63,570 nt of DNA, taken from contig NC_068990.1 of assembly GCF_001194135.2 (NCBI RefSeq), forward strand, positions 12,668,368 to 12,731,937. The letters are read 5' to 3'. The notes beneath the pieces were generated by a model. The model made no database searches. It worked only from the letters and a program-made list of their open reading frames with translations, and had not been told where the DNA came from. Shown one piece after another: positions 10,647-24,647 of this stretch. The first letter of the stretch is position 1. Each line of letters opens with the position of its first letter. Both the position numbers and the translations under genes were made by a program. The stretch is from Octopus bimaculoides. Lineage: Eukaryota.

Positions 10647-11209
10647 TTAACATAAAATTTTGAGGGAAGATTTTAGCTTAGATCACTTTAAAACAGGATT
10701 TGTATCACATAACTAGAATGGTCTCAGGTTGATTGGTATCAAAAGGGTTAAACAAGTGAAATATTACCAATCCACCTGTGGATGTTTCCAGAAGCGTTTA
10801 TGCTTACATTGGGTATATGTAGTTGAACTGAAGCATAGCAAATTAAAACTGTTGTCCAAATACCCAATAAAACATCTTCGATTGTTGTGAGCTGATATTC
10901 CATTAACACATCTGCTTGGCCAACAGTAATCTGTGCATACATACAAACATAGCTTCACAGAGACCCCTGCATAAACACATTATTACACAAAGACATATAC
11001 ACTCATGTGCATACAACATACATGTGCATGAAACAGACGTTTAATTACACAAGCCAGTGAAAGGGTCACCGCATTGTTCCTCAATGTACAACAAACAACA
11101 GTCACAACCCCCTCGAATCATATACTACTATCTTTAAAAAAATGGAGTATACACTGTTTATTGTAGTCCTCGATAAAATGTCTGAAAATAATATCCTTTT
11201 TACTTTGTT

Positions 11210-11575
11210 TCTACTTGTTTCAGTCATTGGACCGTGGCCATGCTGGGGCACCACTTTGAAAAAATCTTTTTTAAGTGTGGTACTTTTTCTTTCAGTTTCT
11301 TTTTATTTTTTTGCAAACCACTAAGTTACAGGGACATAAGCAAACCAACACTGGTTGTCAAGCTGTGGTTGCTGACGAACACACCTAGAGACATACATAT
11401 TTGTTTGTGCATGTGTGTATACGATGTGCATCTTTCAGTTTCTGTCCACCAAATCCGCTTACAAGGCTTTGATCAGCCTGGGGCTATAGTTAAAGACACT
11501 TGCCAAAGATGCTGTGCTGTAGGACTGAACTCAGAACCATGCGACTGGAAAGCAAACTTTTTACTGTTCAGCATG
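11210..11575 (-). mobile_element. SINE family A
   Basis: Reverse complement of the full head, CORE-like region, microsatellite and 3' half. Confidence 0.8.
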
Positions 11576-12332
11576 TAATTTGAGGGAGATTCAGCTTCTA
11601 TTTCTAGCATGCTGAAAAATTTGTAAAGACTTTTTGATGGCACAATATTCAATATTAAGTTGTTTGGTTGTAAAAGCATATACTTTTTGTTTATAACATC
11701 ATATAACATTGGTTACATATTCTGAGAGGAACAAATTATTCCAGGAACTAAGTTTTTACCCTACAAGGCATATAACTGCAGTTAAATGCCAACGTGAGCA
11801 GAATTAACAGATATATATTTACAGGCGCATGATGACATACTCAAATCTAAAAACCATTTCTTTGGTGACACTGCAATAGTCTTAATAATAATAATAACCA
11901 ATATAAATTGCCTGACAGTTTCATATTACACCATTTAGCTATAACATACCATAATTCAAATTCTTATCAGTTAGATTATGGATATGCCAAGAATTCTAAA
12001 TTTTCAGATTTCTTCTTGATTTGCTGTATATTCACTATCCAATAAGAATATCTATTATATTTATCTACCATTGAGAATTGTAAATATGGCCGCCAGAGAA
12101 TAGAAACACGCACACACAAAAAAAGAAAATGCACTCATAAAAAAATGAAAATTCCATTAGTATAGATCATTTTTTTTTTGGACCATTAATTTTTTTATTT
12201 TTTATTTTTTTTGTTATTTGCTAACATTGAACATGACATTTTGAATAATTATCTTCAGGTGACCTAGAATATACTACAGTTGGGTTTGAATTCAGAACTC
12301 TGTTTTTAATGTAAAGTTTCAAGTAGGATACA

Positions 12333-12715
12333 GGCATGGCTGTGTGTTTATGAAGCTCGCTTTACAATCATATGGTTTTGGGTTCAGTCCTACTGTATGG
12401 TACTTCAGGCAAGTGTCTTCCACTATAGCTCTGATGAACTGACCAATATCCTGTGAGTCTTGTGTGTGAATTTAGTAGACAGAAACTACGTGAAGCCTGT
12501 TATGTCTATATATATGTGTTAGTGTATGCATGTGTAGGTGTGTCTATTCCTCCATTGTTTGAGAACCGGTGTTGGTTTGTTTCCATCTCCATAACTTAGT
12601 GGTTCAGCAAAAGATAGAGACAGAATAAGTACTAGACTGAAGAATAAATACTGGTGCCAATTTTCTCAACTAAACCCTTGAAGGTGGTACTCCAGCATGG
12701 CCACACTCCAATGAT
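12333..12715 (+). mobile_element. SINE family A
   Basis: ggcatggctgtgtg, ggttcagtcctactg, ggcaagtgtcttccactatagc ... ggtggtactccagcatggccacac. Confidence 0.8.
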
Positions 12716-14144
12716 TAATATGGTGATAAAAATATAACAGATAGAGCTAGTAGTTTAGAAGACCTGGGAAAGCAGAGCAATCGAATTCATTGTGTCTGAA
12801 TTGCAAGGATACACACACCGTAGATACTCACCTCTACATTGAGCTGTGCTGAATAGATAAAACACACACCTTTCCTTTGACAAGATATAACTCTGCTGCA
12901 TGTAGCTTTGCCAGTTCCACAGTGTTGCTGTTGTTCTGGTTGATGGTGGTGTCTTCGTGGCAAAACATCCTTTACTAAGCAGATCTAGGACCAGTACCAT
13001 TCTAGTTAGAGTATGTCTTTTACGTCATATTTTCAAGATGATAGGAAGTGATTTGTGAGGATTTGGTTGGTATTTCTAGCAGAATTAGTGAGCCCATATT
13101 TTTTGTTGACTTGCTATGAAGCCATTAGGATTTCGCTGAGATTTCATTATAGATAACTAATTAATCACCAAACTGTAAGAACCAAATATTCTTTTTCTAA
13201 AAAGGAAAAAAAAAAAAAAAATCATGAAAATGCCAGCTATATTTCCTGTTTCACATAACAGTAAACAGTTGCCAAGGAACTAAATCTTTATCTATAAACT
13301 AACCTTAAGATTATTGTTTTTGTTCTGTTCAACAGCATCTATATTCTTTATATATTCTGTAGATCTTTGATTTATAAAAGATAAGAAAGCTAGACACTTT
13401 TTATCAATACTCACTTTGTATAGTGCTTGAAGCTTAAGTTTTCTTAAGAAAATCATTCTGTTTAGAATTAAACTTAATACAAGATCTTCTGTGATGTTGA
13501 ATTCCTTTATAGAAATGAAGGTGCAAAATAACATGTTATGGCATTTGCGGCTGTTTTGTGGTTATCTGTGGGTGTAGATTTACTGAAATCGATAGCTGGG
13601 AATTAATACTTAACCATGGAGTTGACTTGTGTAGGTGTAATCGCTGCCCTCGTGGTTACTTACTAAGCTAAGCTCTTCACTCTCTATGGAGCATAGGTCA
13701 TCAACAACTTTCCTTTTCTGTTCTCGACTCTGAACTGTCATTTTCTCTCCCAGGTCTTCTTGGTTTTGAGTTATCATCAATAGTTCTGTAACTTTCTGTT
13801 TTTATTATCAGATTAATCCTCCCTAAGTACAGCAATATATCTTTCAACACACGATTTCGCATGAAGAATCTTGTGAAACAAATACAAATATGAAATATTG
13901 TATGCTTCAGCCAAGTTAGCAATAAACTGAGAAATACTATCACATTGTCTCTTCATAAAGAACTGCACCTTCTTCAATCTATACACAAATTCTATCAATT
14001 CAACAGGACAGCTCAACCTCTCAAATTATCAAGTTAAGAATATACAGTGTTATCTGTCAAGTCCAAGTGAGACTGTAGTCATGGCCAATGCCAGTGTCTT
14101 GCAACTGGTACCCATGCTGTTACATGTAAGAAGCAACCACTCAT

Positions 14145-14325
14145 GGAGTGGTTGGTGTTAGGAAGGGCATCCAGCTGTAGAAAACATGACAAAAATCAGA
14201 TTGAAACCTGATGCAGCTTCCCAGCTTACCAGGTCTCAGTCAAACTGCCCAACCCATGCTAGCATGGAAAACAGTTGTTTGATGACGACGATGATGATAA
14301 CAATGATGATGATGATGATGATTTC
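14145..14325 (+). mobile_element. SINE family E 3' region with (GAT)n tail
   Basis: gagtggttggtgttaggaagggcatccagctgtag ... aacccatgctagcatggaaaac. Confidence 0.8.
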
Positions 14326-15004
14326 ACTTGCTATTACACACATCTACTTTAGCCTTTCAGTAATCATGGAGTCTCAGCCATCATTGATTTCTCTCCACTC
14401 TTCTTAACTCTTGATAGTCTTTAGATCTTCCTCTCCTAACTCTTGGTGGTTTTAGTTGTCATAAATGCTTCTGTAACTTCGCCTTTACTTGTTAGGGATG
14501 TTGGCCCTTTGCAAACCCAGTTTTACCTCTGGGAAAAGGGGTCAGTATTAGTTTGGCCTCTGTCCTTTGACTTATCCATGGGAGGCCCTCCAAGGAGCCT
14601 GCACTCTGCTGCCATAGCTCTATTTTATTAAAGCACACAAAGTTACAACATTGCAACAAGGGCTAGACCTCGTGGTAGAGTGCTCTGTTGGTGCTACTCC
14701 ATATTTAGAATATGATGGTGGCCAATACTATCAGTATTTCTGCTTCTCTCTTTGATAAAGATTTTGGTGTTTCTAAGTTCAAAACCAGCAAATATCAAGG
14801 AAGTCTCATTCATTCATACTGATTCAGTCAGTAAAGTAAGAATCAGTAATATTTTCTATGCAAAATATGAGGCAGAAACAATACTTGATACTGCCACAAT
14901 TACATTGCAAACTGAGTCAATAGGGAAGCCTTTATGTAGTTGACATGATAGAAATAGCAGCCAAATATCTCTCAAAACCAATTGTATTAACTTAAAACAG
15001 ATGG

Positions 15005-15200
15005 TAAGGTGGTGAGCTGGCAGTATCATTTGCATGCCAGGCAAAATGCTTAATGACATTTCATCCATCTTTATGTTCTGAATTCAAATTCTGTCAAGGT
15101 CAACTTTGCCTTTCGTCATTTCGGGGTCAATGAGATAGGTACTATTAATAGACATATCCCCTTTCCTGAAATTGCAGGCCTTCTGCCAAAATTTGAAACC
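15005..15200 (+). mobile_element. SINE family B
   Basis: ggtggtgagctggcag ... tctgaattcaaattct ... caactttgcctttcgtc. Confidence 0.75.
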
Positions 15201-16454
15201 AATATCTTGAAACAGGCCAGATAGGTTGAATAAACTACTCTTCCATACACAATATCTAGAAATAATATAAAATGAAAAACAAAAGTAAAGAAATAGGGGA
15301 TGATCATGACTTTAACAATAAGATCTGCTGTTTAGATCTGACTTGGAGGCTAAACAACAACAAAAAAAGCATTTCTATAATTCCTATTATGTATTCTTAT
15401 TGTTTTAAAGTAATTTAAACTTTATAACAAAGCCTAATGACCTAATATATATCTCTTAATGTAATTAAATATAACAAAATGTACAACATCATCACAACTA
15501 TGACCATAGCAAGGATGTTGCAGATTTAAACAAATATATTTGTCAATATATATATATATATGAGTATGTGAATGTATGTATAATATACATGTGCCAGTGT
15601 GTGCAACATATGTATATGTATGTATGAGCGCATGCAATGTATGTATAGATGTGTATGCATCAGTGTGTGTTATGTATGTGTATGTGTGTATAATGTTTAT
15701 TTTACTGCAAAATCTGGTTTACTGAGAAACTGTTTGAATAACCAATGAAGTTAATCTATGATCTGTTTCACTTTATTTTCATATATCTATTTAGCATTAT
15801 TATTATTTTTTTATAATCTTATTCTATATTTCTCTAAAAGTAACACATTTTTATCTAAAATTTGTGCAAACCCAATCAGCAAAATGGCTAGTTTTTATCA
15901 ATATTTGGCTACATACCAAATGTGATAAGAGATTCCACTAAGAATTGTATTGTTTTGGCAGGTGCTGTATAAAAGACATACATAGGCATTACTGGCCCTT
16001 TAATTAGTCTCAGGAGATTATTTGCCATATATTTTCAGAAATGGGTAGCCTAGTTTTCAAAAATAAGTAGCCTAATTTGTTTGTTTCCATGGCTTAAAAT
16101 AGAAGCTCATAATCGATCCGCTCATCTTTGTCTTACCATTTCCCTTTTGGCTTTTATTAGAAATAATGAGTAAAAAATTATATCATGTTTTTGATTTTGA
16201 TATAAATTAGTCAGAGGAGAAAGAAGAAATATCGTGACCTTTTTTACAGGGCCTCCAAGATTAGTGAGAGGAAAGAGAGGGCAAGTAACAAGTGGTCATT
16301 AGTTGTAGTAAAAAACAGAACACTAAGATATCCAATTAATCTTTGACTGTAAACATGGTCATGATGTTTGCTACACGATGGATACTGCTATAAGCTCTTA
16401 TCCTTCAGGTGGTAGTATTAACCTCTTTAAATTCTATCTTTCATCTTTTATATC

Positions 16455-16778
16455 GTTTGCTAGTTTCAGTCATTAGCTTGTGGCCATGCTGGGGTACTAT
16501 CTTCAAGAAGTTGTAGTCAAATTGATCGACCCCAGTACTTATTTTTTCGTCAAGCCTGGAATTTATTTTGTTGGGGTCTCCCTTGCTGGACTGCTAAGTT
16601 ACAGGCATGTAATCACACTTACACCGGTTGTCAAGCAGTGGTGGTGGTGGAACAAACACAGTCAGACAAACAGACAGACAGACACACACTCACACACACA
16701 CATATACATGTATATATATATATATATGTATATATGTATATATATGTATGTGCATATATATGTATATATATGTATGTG

Positions 16779-16811
<33 letters not shown>

Positions 16812-16830
16812 GTATATGTGTATATATATG

Positions 16831-16861
<31 letters not shown>

Positions 16862-16874
16862 GTATATGTGTATA

Positions 16875-16969
<95 letters not shown>

Positions 16970-17135
16970 ATATATACAAAGGGCTTCTTTCAGTTTCCAT
17001 CAGCCAAATCTATTCTCAAAGCTTTGGTTGGCTCGAAATTATAATAGAAGACACTTCCCCAAGGTGCCACACAGTGAGATTGAATCCAGATTCATGTGGC
17101 TGGGAAGCAAGCTTCTTACCACACAGCCATATCTG
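16455..17135 (-). mobile_element. SINE family A with an expanded ~300-bp internal (TA)n/(TG)n tract
   Basis: Both SINE halves flank the microsatellite at about 16670-16975. Confidence 0.8.
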
Positions 17136-19481
17136 CAAAACTAAATTTCATGTTTATTCCAGAATACAAAACTGCTAATTTCTGCAAATCATGATGCCTC
17201 AAGAAACTTGACATATCTCAACAAAAAAGTAGTTTCATAATGTCACACATTAATAAAAGACAGGTATATGAAATTGTTTTCCACATTTAAGGGTAATTAA
17301 ATTTAGAGCAGATATTTCTGATTTCTGCATAAAAAGTGTTACAGAAAAGGACAAATTAAATCTACCTCAGCTAATTTATATTTAAAGGATCCCATTTTAT
17401 TATAATAGAAGCTTTTATGTGAATTGATTCTTGCTTCATATTGATTCATTATTTTGCTGTAGATGGTTGAGATAAAAAGGATGGAGCAGTATTTAATTTT
17501 GTCCATCTAAGTTGTGAGATCAAATCTTAACTTTTGCTTGTTGAATTTTCCTCCTTGTCATTCACAAATTTTATACTTACCTGTTTGCCCATAAATAAAA
17601 CAAGATTTAACCAGCTATCCATATAACACACACACACATACATACTTGTAGTGAAGTGACTAGATCAAATAGTAGACCTGTCTGCTAAGGAATTGTAAAT
17701 TTAAACAAGTTGCAGGCATTTTATTGTACTTCTCTGCATGCTGTCTCTGTTTACATAATAGTGAGAAATAGGCACCAATATTTTTCTGGAAGTAGACATT
17801 AGTTTTGAGACAGCTATGGTAAATCAATCTCCTATGCTGGACAATTTACAATCCAATAAGTTTAGGTGTTGGTCTGCAGCAGTGAAAGCAATCCATACTT
17901 ACTCAATAACGCATATAACATTCTTTTCTCTAACGTTTTTATTTTCCCCATTTCTCTATCTTCACAAAGAGCTTCTTGCTTGAAATATTGATAACTCTTC
18001 CTGTTTCTCACAGAGTAATTCACTGACTTTGTTTATGTTTCTTTTTTTTTTTTTTAGATTCTTTTATCACAAATTTGCCTAATATATCAATATATCTTCT
18101 GGAAGATTATTATAAAGATGCTTTATACATATCACAGCTAGGTGTTGCTTTTGACTTGCTGGCTTCAAAACTTGCCTATACATATAGCAATACCTGAAAC
18201 AGCACATGACAGACAAAAGCACCTGAATCTGTATCTGTCTATATGTTACTAACATTTCTGGTGCTTTCTTTTTGTTTTTGTTGTAATACGACTGTTGGCA
18301 AAAATAAGCATTATATTGATGTTGTTGTCATTGATCTTCAGTCTTGATTCAATCCTGATTAATTAGACTTACTGTCAAGATATTACAAGTGTAAACATCA
18401 TGTATTTTATACTAAGGACCACATCATCTGAAATTTCTAAATTTTTATAGGAGAGTAATCCATTATATGAGGGGAATTTGACTGCCATTTCTGGTAACTT
18501 TATCACTACAAATTGGTTCAGTTCATAGCTTGTTTTTTAATAATATTTTTAACTAATAAAAACTGATCTGCCATTGCTCTGTTATTTTTCTTCTAGTTGA
18601 TCTAACATAGTGCTAACATCTTATATCAAGGATGCTTACTGATAACCTAAAAAACCTGTAGAAAGCCTGACTATAAATATTAAAAAAAAAAAGTCAGATG
18701 TAATTACTTTTCAATAGCCCCCCCCCCCCCTCCATCTCTAACAGTTGCCAAAGAACACGAAGTATAGATTAAAAGATGCTAAATTTAGCTATAATTACTC
18801 ATTCTTCTTTTTCTTGAATGAGAACGGAGAGAGTTTCTTTTGTCGCAGGCTTATAATATAATATGATCAGTCGTATTATGTAAATAACAAACAAAGAAAA
18901 TAACTAAATAAAAAGAGAGAAAAATGATATTTATATGTTATTTGTTGCTAGCTGTTTAGCATAGACCTTCATTCGCTGGATTTCCTGTTCAAAAGCTATA
19001 ACAATAGAACATTGCATAAAATATTTTATGCACTCATAAATGCATTTATGCTTTTTACCCATTTGTTTTTAGAAACCAATGAAAAAATGGGAATGCAAAT
19101 GGCATTGTCTTCTAGGCAAATACAGTCACATAAAGAATGCATGAATTTTTCAGCTTGTCGCAAAAATTATTATGATTATTATCATCATCATCATCATCAT
19201 CATCATTATTATCATTATTATTTGTTGTTGTTGTTATTATAATGAAGGCAAGAAAATGCTTCGCGGTGGTATTTAGTTACAAATGTTTGCATTCTGAGTT
19301 CAAATCCCATTGGGTTTGTCTTTGTTTCTCATTCCTCAGGAGGTTGATGAAACAATTTAGCAGTCAAATAGTTATGTTGAATCAATTGTTTTTGCTCCTC
19401 CCTTTAAATTTGTAATTTTGTGCCAAATTAATGTTGGCACAAACCTGGAAATTTAAGAGGAGGAGTAGAATCCATTATTCA

Positions 19482-19533
<52 letters not shown>

Positions 19534-19569
19534 TATTATTACAGTTGTTAATGTCATTGCCGTTATTTA

Positions 19570-20065
19570 CACTGGTGAACAGGCAAAATCATTAGAACAT
19601 TAGATGAAATATTTTTGCAGTATTCTTTCTGGCTCTTAACATTCTGAGTTCAAATCTTGCCAAGGTCAACTTTGCTTTCCTTCCCTACAGAGTTGATAAA
19701 ATAAAATACTAACCAAGCAATGGAATCGATGGTATCGACAAAACCCCATCCCTCAAAATTCCTAGTTTTTTCCCTAAATTATCAGCAGTTATTTTTGTCG
19801 TTGTTGTTAGTAGTAGTAGTAGTAGTAGAAGTAGTAGTAGTAAAATCAGGGTGGTGGAGGATTAACAGAATTAGTTGAACATGGGAAAATAATGTCATAT
19901 GGTCTTTAGTTTGCCCCTTTATATTTTAAGTTTAAAAAAAAAAACTGCTGAACTTTGCCCTTTCATTTTTTGGGGATTGATAAAATAAGTACCAGTCAAG
20001 TACTGGGGTTGAAATAATCAAATAGCTCCCCACAACCCCACCAAATTTCAGGCCTTCTACTTACA
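19570..20065 (+). mobile_element. Two successive diverged family B SINE copies between (ATT)n/(AGT)n tracts
   Basis: B-box tctgagttcaaatc near 19643 and the body gataaaataagtaccagt near 19980. Confidence 0.65.
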
Positions 20066-20451
20066 GTAGAAAGGATTATTATTACTATTTATTATTATTA
20101 TTATTATTCAACATTTTGTAGTTTCAGGCAAATTTTTACTGCATCACCTGCTAGACCTCGTTGTTGCTAGCATGTGTGCAGTATTGAGTTTTTTTTTTTT
20201 TTTTTGGAAGCAACCAAACTCTTTCTGGTATTGTATTGCATCAGTTTGTTGTTTTTCTGGGGAATGGTGCGGTCTTTTGTTGTATTAATGATTGTATTGT
20301 GTGTTGTGTGTAATGCGTTGAGTATGAGGCCTGCTGGTAGTTGTTTATTTTATTGGACATTTGCTATATAGAGTATGTCTTGCATTTGTAGATTGTTTTT
20401 TTTTGTGGGGGGGGAGGTTGTATTATTGAATTGATAGTGACTTGTGTAGGA

Positions 20452-20605
20452 TGTGGTTGGCGTTAGGAAGGGCATCCAGCTGTAGGAACTCTGCCAGATC
20501 AGATTGGAGCCTGGTGCAGCCATCTGGCTTGCCAGTCCTCAGTCAAATCGTCCAACCCATGCTAGCATGGAAAGCGGACGTTAAACAATGATGATGATGA
20601 TGATG
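20452..20605 (+). mobile_element. SINE family E 3' region, young copy
   Basis: CpG-retaining tggttggcgttaggaagggcatccagctg ... gcatggaaagcggacgttaaac followed by (GAT)n. Confidence 0.85.
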
Positions 20606-20701
20606 TTACATGTATATATATTTATATATATATATTACATTTATGTAATATGTATATAATATTATATATACATATATATATTAGATATGAAGTGTGTGTG
20701 T

Positions 20702-20736
<35 letters not shown>

Positions 20737-20945
20737 TCTATGTGTACATTCTTTTGCTAATGCATGTTAGCAGAAGATAATAAAAGCCGCAAACAGGTAA
20801 AGAAGAAGAGAAATTAACAGCGGCACTCCCTTATTATAATCGTTGTCAGAAATGTTGTGAATCAGGGATTGTCCTACTAGGAACCTGTATCCAAATCATT
20901 ATATATATATACACACATGTATATACACATATATATATATATATT

Positions 20946-20985
<40 letters not shown>

Positions 20986-22129
20986 CAGTCAGATAGATAG
21001 ATAGATAATACATATGTGTCTGTATATANNNNNNNNNNNNNNNNNNNNNNNNNNNNNNNNNNNNNNNNNNNNNNNNNNNNNNNNNNNNNNNNNNNNNNNN
21101 NNNNNNNNNNNNNNNNNNNNNNNNNNNNNNNNNNNNNNNNNNNNNNNNTAAGACACGCATACATATACACACACAAAAGAGAGAGAGAAAGATAGATATA
21201 GATACATACAGATATACATACATATATACATAGATAGATAGACACACACACTCACACACATTATAAAATAGATTACACTTTTTCTTGCTTAGAAATATTA
21301 ACTTTATGTTAATATTCTGCCAACAGTAATCTTCCTCATATTCTCACAGATATTATTATTAATTTTGTTAATAACAGCTTACATATCCTAAAAGAAAATT
21401 TATTGCTTCATTCTTTACCATTATTTAATGTGAAAACAAAATTGTCCTGTTGACACAAATTGCTATCTTGTTTAAATTTGAATTGTAACTAATATTCCCT
21501 AATTATCACACTAGGTAGTCGCCACAGCTGATGTTTGTTTTTTTTTTTCATTTTTCATTTTTTAATTATATAAAGTATGCTTCATAAAAGAATAATTCCA
21601 ATTATGAATATATATTCGTTTTCTTCTAGCTATTTTAGTGATATCTTTTGATGAAATCATTGCATCAGCAAATTATGTTAAGTGAGTTTTTTTGAAAATA
21701 AAGAATATTTGATATCAAGCAGTTCTAAAAACATCTAATATTCATATTTTATGAACGCAAACTCATCAAGAGTAAATAAGTATAGACATAATGCATATTT
21801 CTGTTTTGGCAAACAACAAATATGAAATTTTTATGTCAGGTGAAATGTATTTCCAAAAGTCTTTGAACTATTTTGGAAGCTAAGTTTAACGATTTCATCT
21901 TATTATCACGAAATTAATAGTGATGCAATAAACATAAATGAAAGTTAAACTAATGATTCTGTGTTGCAAATGGTTTTATTTCTCCTTTGGGTAACAGGTT
22001 TAATATTTATAGAAGTTTGTAAATAAGTGGTTAAATTGATGCTTTTCTTGAAGTTAATAGTGATTTAAATGAAGCTAAGCAGCACTTCCACTGAGATTCA
22101 AACACCAGGCTTTGGAAATAAATTTGAAA

Positions 22130-22330
22130 TCATCATCATGATCACCATCAGTTAACGTCTGTTGTGCATGCTGGTATGGGTTGGATGGTTTGACTGTAGA
22201 CTGGCAAGCCAGGAGGCTGCACCAGGCACCAATCTGATCTGGCAAGGTTTCTACAGCTGGATGGATGCCTTTCCTAAGCCAACCACTCTGAGACTGTAAT
22301 GGGTGCTTTTACGTGGCACTGCACAAGTAC
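22130..22330 (-). mobile_element. SINE family E
   Basis: (CAT)n..gttaacgtctgttgtgcatgctggtatgggttgga ... gggtgcttttacgtggcac. Confidence 0.75.
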
Positions 22331-22524
22331 TTTATGTGGCACTGACAGACGTGCTTTTTATACGGCACTGGGACAAGAGTCTTGCTGGCCAATCCTCTTC
22401 ACCAGGGAGAGCAACCTTAACACTTCTGCTGTGGAGTACAGGTCTCCTTGAGTACAGCAAAGCACCAGGTATCTCAATCCTTTGATAGAATAACAAAATC
22501 AGTAGAGTGCTCACCAATGTGCCT

Positions 22525-22716
22525 TGTGGCATATTCATCTGCCGTTACATTCTGAGTTCAAATTCTGCCAAGGTCGACTTTGCCTTTCATCCTTTCAGGG
22601 TCAATTAAATAAGTACCAGTTATGCACTGGAGTTGATTAAATCGACTTAATCCCTTTGTCCTTGTTTGTCCCCTCTATGTTTATCCCCTCCTCCTATGGG
22701 CAATAAAGAAATAAAT
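22525..22716 (+). mobile_element. SINE family B, 5'-truncated
   Basis: ctgccgttacattctgagttcaaattctgcc ... cttgtttgtcccctctatg ... gggcaataaagaaata. Confidence 0.8.
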
Positions 22717-23195
22717 ATACCTTGTGGTATTTAGTTCCATCCTTTTACATTCTGATTTCACTGTCTTGTTGAGGTCAAGTTTACCTTTCATAAAATAGAG
22801 TACCGGTCGAGTACTGGGTTGAGTTAGTCAGCAACACCTCTCAAAATTCCGGGGCTTTGTGACTATCATAGAAATCAATATCGATCTGTGTGTATCTGTT
22901 TATCCATCTATCCACTCATTCTTCTGTCCATCCATTTGCCCGTTTGTCTGTCTGTCTGTCCGTCAATTGTCAGCTGAAAACAACAACAGTGATACTGATG
23001 ATGATGATGATGATGATGATGATTACACAAGAGCAGGAATGAAATAATTTACTAAGTGGGTGCAAACCCAGTTTTACAGGAGAATTTTCAAGGCATTTTC
23101 ATTGCCCCACCCAAAGCAACTTTAGGGGATGCACTTGTGCATTCTGCACACTCTGTCCCTTGTGTCGGTGGATGGTTCTGATTGCTATGACAATA

Positions 23196-23231
<36 letters not shown>

Positions 23232-23574
23232 GTGGTGATGATTGCTTACAATAATGAAAATGCTTTCATTGCTTTTGTAAGGCTGCTTAGCAGATACATT
23301 TATTACTTGAAATGAAAGAAAATGTTGCCATGAAAAAAATCTTGCTTAATCTGTGTATCGAACCAAACCTCTCTCTCTCTCCCTAGATGACAATACTGCA
23401 TCAATATTGACCTTTTCGTTAAGAATAATGTTACATGCATAGTGAGGGTCATTCCTTTTCTATCATTTTCTTTCCATTTTTAAATTACATAATTTAAAGG
23501 TTATCCCCTTATCTCTATCATCGTCTTTACTATCATCTTAAAAATGTATAGCACTTAACCACTGACACTGCGAC

Positions 23575-23825
23575 CATTACCACCACCACCACCACCACAC
23601 CACCACCACCACCACCACAACTATCACCATCACAATCTCCAATATCAAAGCCATCAATACCACCACCACCATCACCATTACAATCTCCAGTGTCACAGTC
23701 ACCATCACCACCACCACCACCATCACCGACATCACCGACATCACCACTACTACCACCAATATCGCCAACATCACCACCATCATCACAACAACCACCACTG
23801 TAACCACTACCAGCTGCACCACATC
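23575..23825. repeat. Degenerate (CAC/CAT)n trinucleotide tract followed by (ATT)n
   Basis: Read directly from the sequence. Confidence 0.9.
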
Positions 23826-23853
23826 ATGACATTATTATTATTATTATTATTAC

Positions 23854-23890
<37 letters not shown>

Positions 23891-24173
23891 ATTATTGCCG
23901 TTATTTTTTTGTTATTATATCAAGGTTGATAAATATCTTGTGCATTCTCATGCATCTTCATGACTACCAGCATTTGCTGAACTTGTCAAAAAGATGCATG
24001 TGCACATATTGCAACTTTGTTGCATACTAATTTGGAATGCAATATCTCTCTTAGGATGTAAAAAAATAAAAAACAAAACAAAACTGTTTCTCATGTCTGT
24101 ACCTGTTGTAGCAATCTCATTCATTTAATGATGACATAACAGTTTAGTTTATACATATATGTGTGTGTATTCA

Positions 24174-24223
<50 letters not shown>

Positions 24224-24592
24224 NNNNNNNNNNNNNNNNNNNNNNNNNNNNNNNNNNNNNNNNNNNNNNNNNNNNNNNNNNNNNNNNNNNNNNNNNNNNN
24301 NNNNNNNNNNNNNNNNNNNNNNNNNNNNNNNNNNNNNNNNNNNNNNNNNNNNNNNNNNNNNNNNNNNNNNNNNNNNNNNNNNNNNNNNNNNNNNNNNNNN
24401 NNNNNNNNNNNNNNNNNNNNNNNNNNNNNNNNNNNNNNNNNNNNNNNNNNNNNNNNNNNNNNNNNNNNNNNNNNNNNNNNNNNNNNNNNNNNNNNNNNNN
24501 NNNNNNNNNNNNNNNNNNNNNNNNNNNNNNNNNNNNNNNNNNNNNNNNNNNNNNNNNNNNNNNNNNNNNNNNNNNNNNNNNNNNNNNNNNNN

Positions 24593-24647
<55 letters not shown>

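Noticed and set aside
13290-14630. Possible decayed Penelope or RTE coding fragments on the minus strand, with a ~45-bp segment shared by 13756 and 14440
   Set aside because: The motif similarity is too weak to assign without a translated search.
16628-17178. Long ORFs of YIYI/VCVC/HTHT type here and at 24149-24704 and 42135-43282
   Set aside because: They are translations of (TA)n/(TG)n microsatellites and N gaps.
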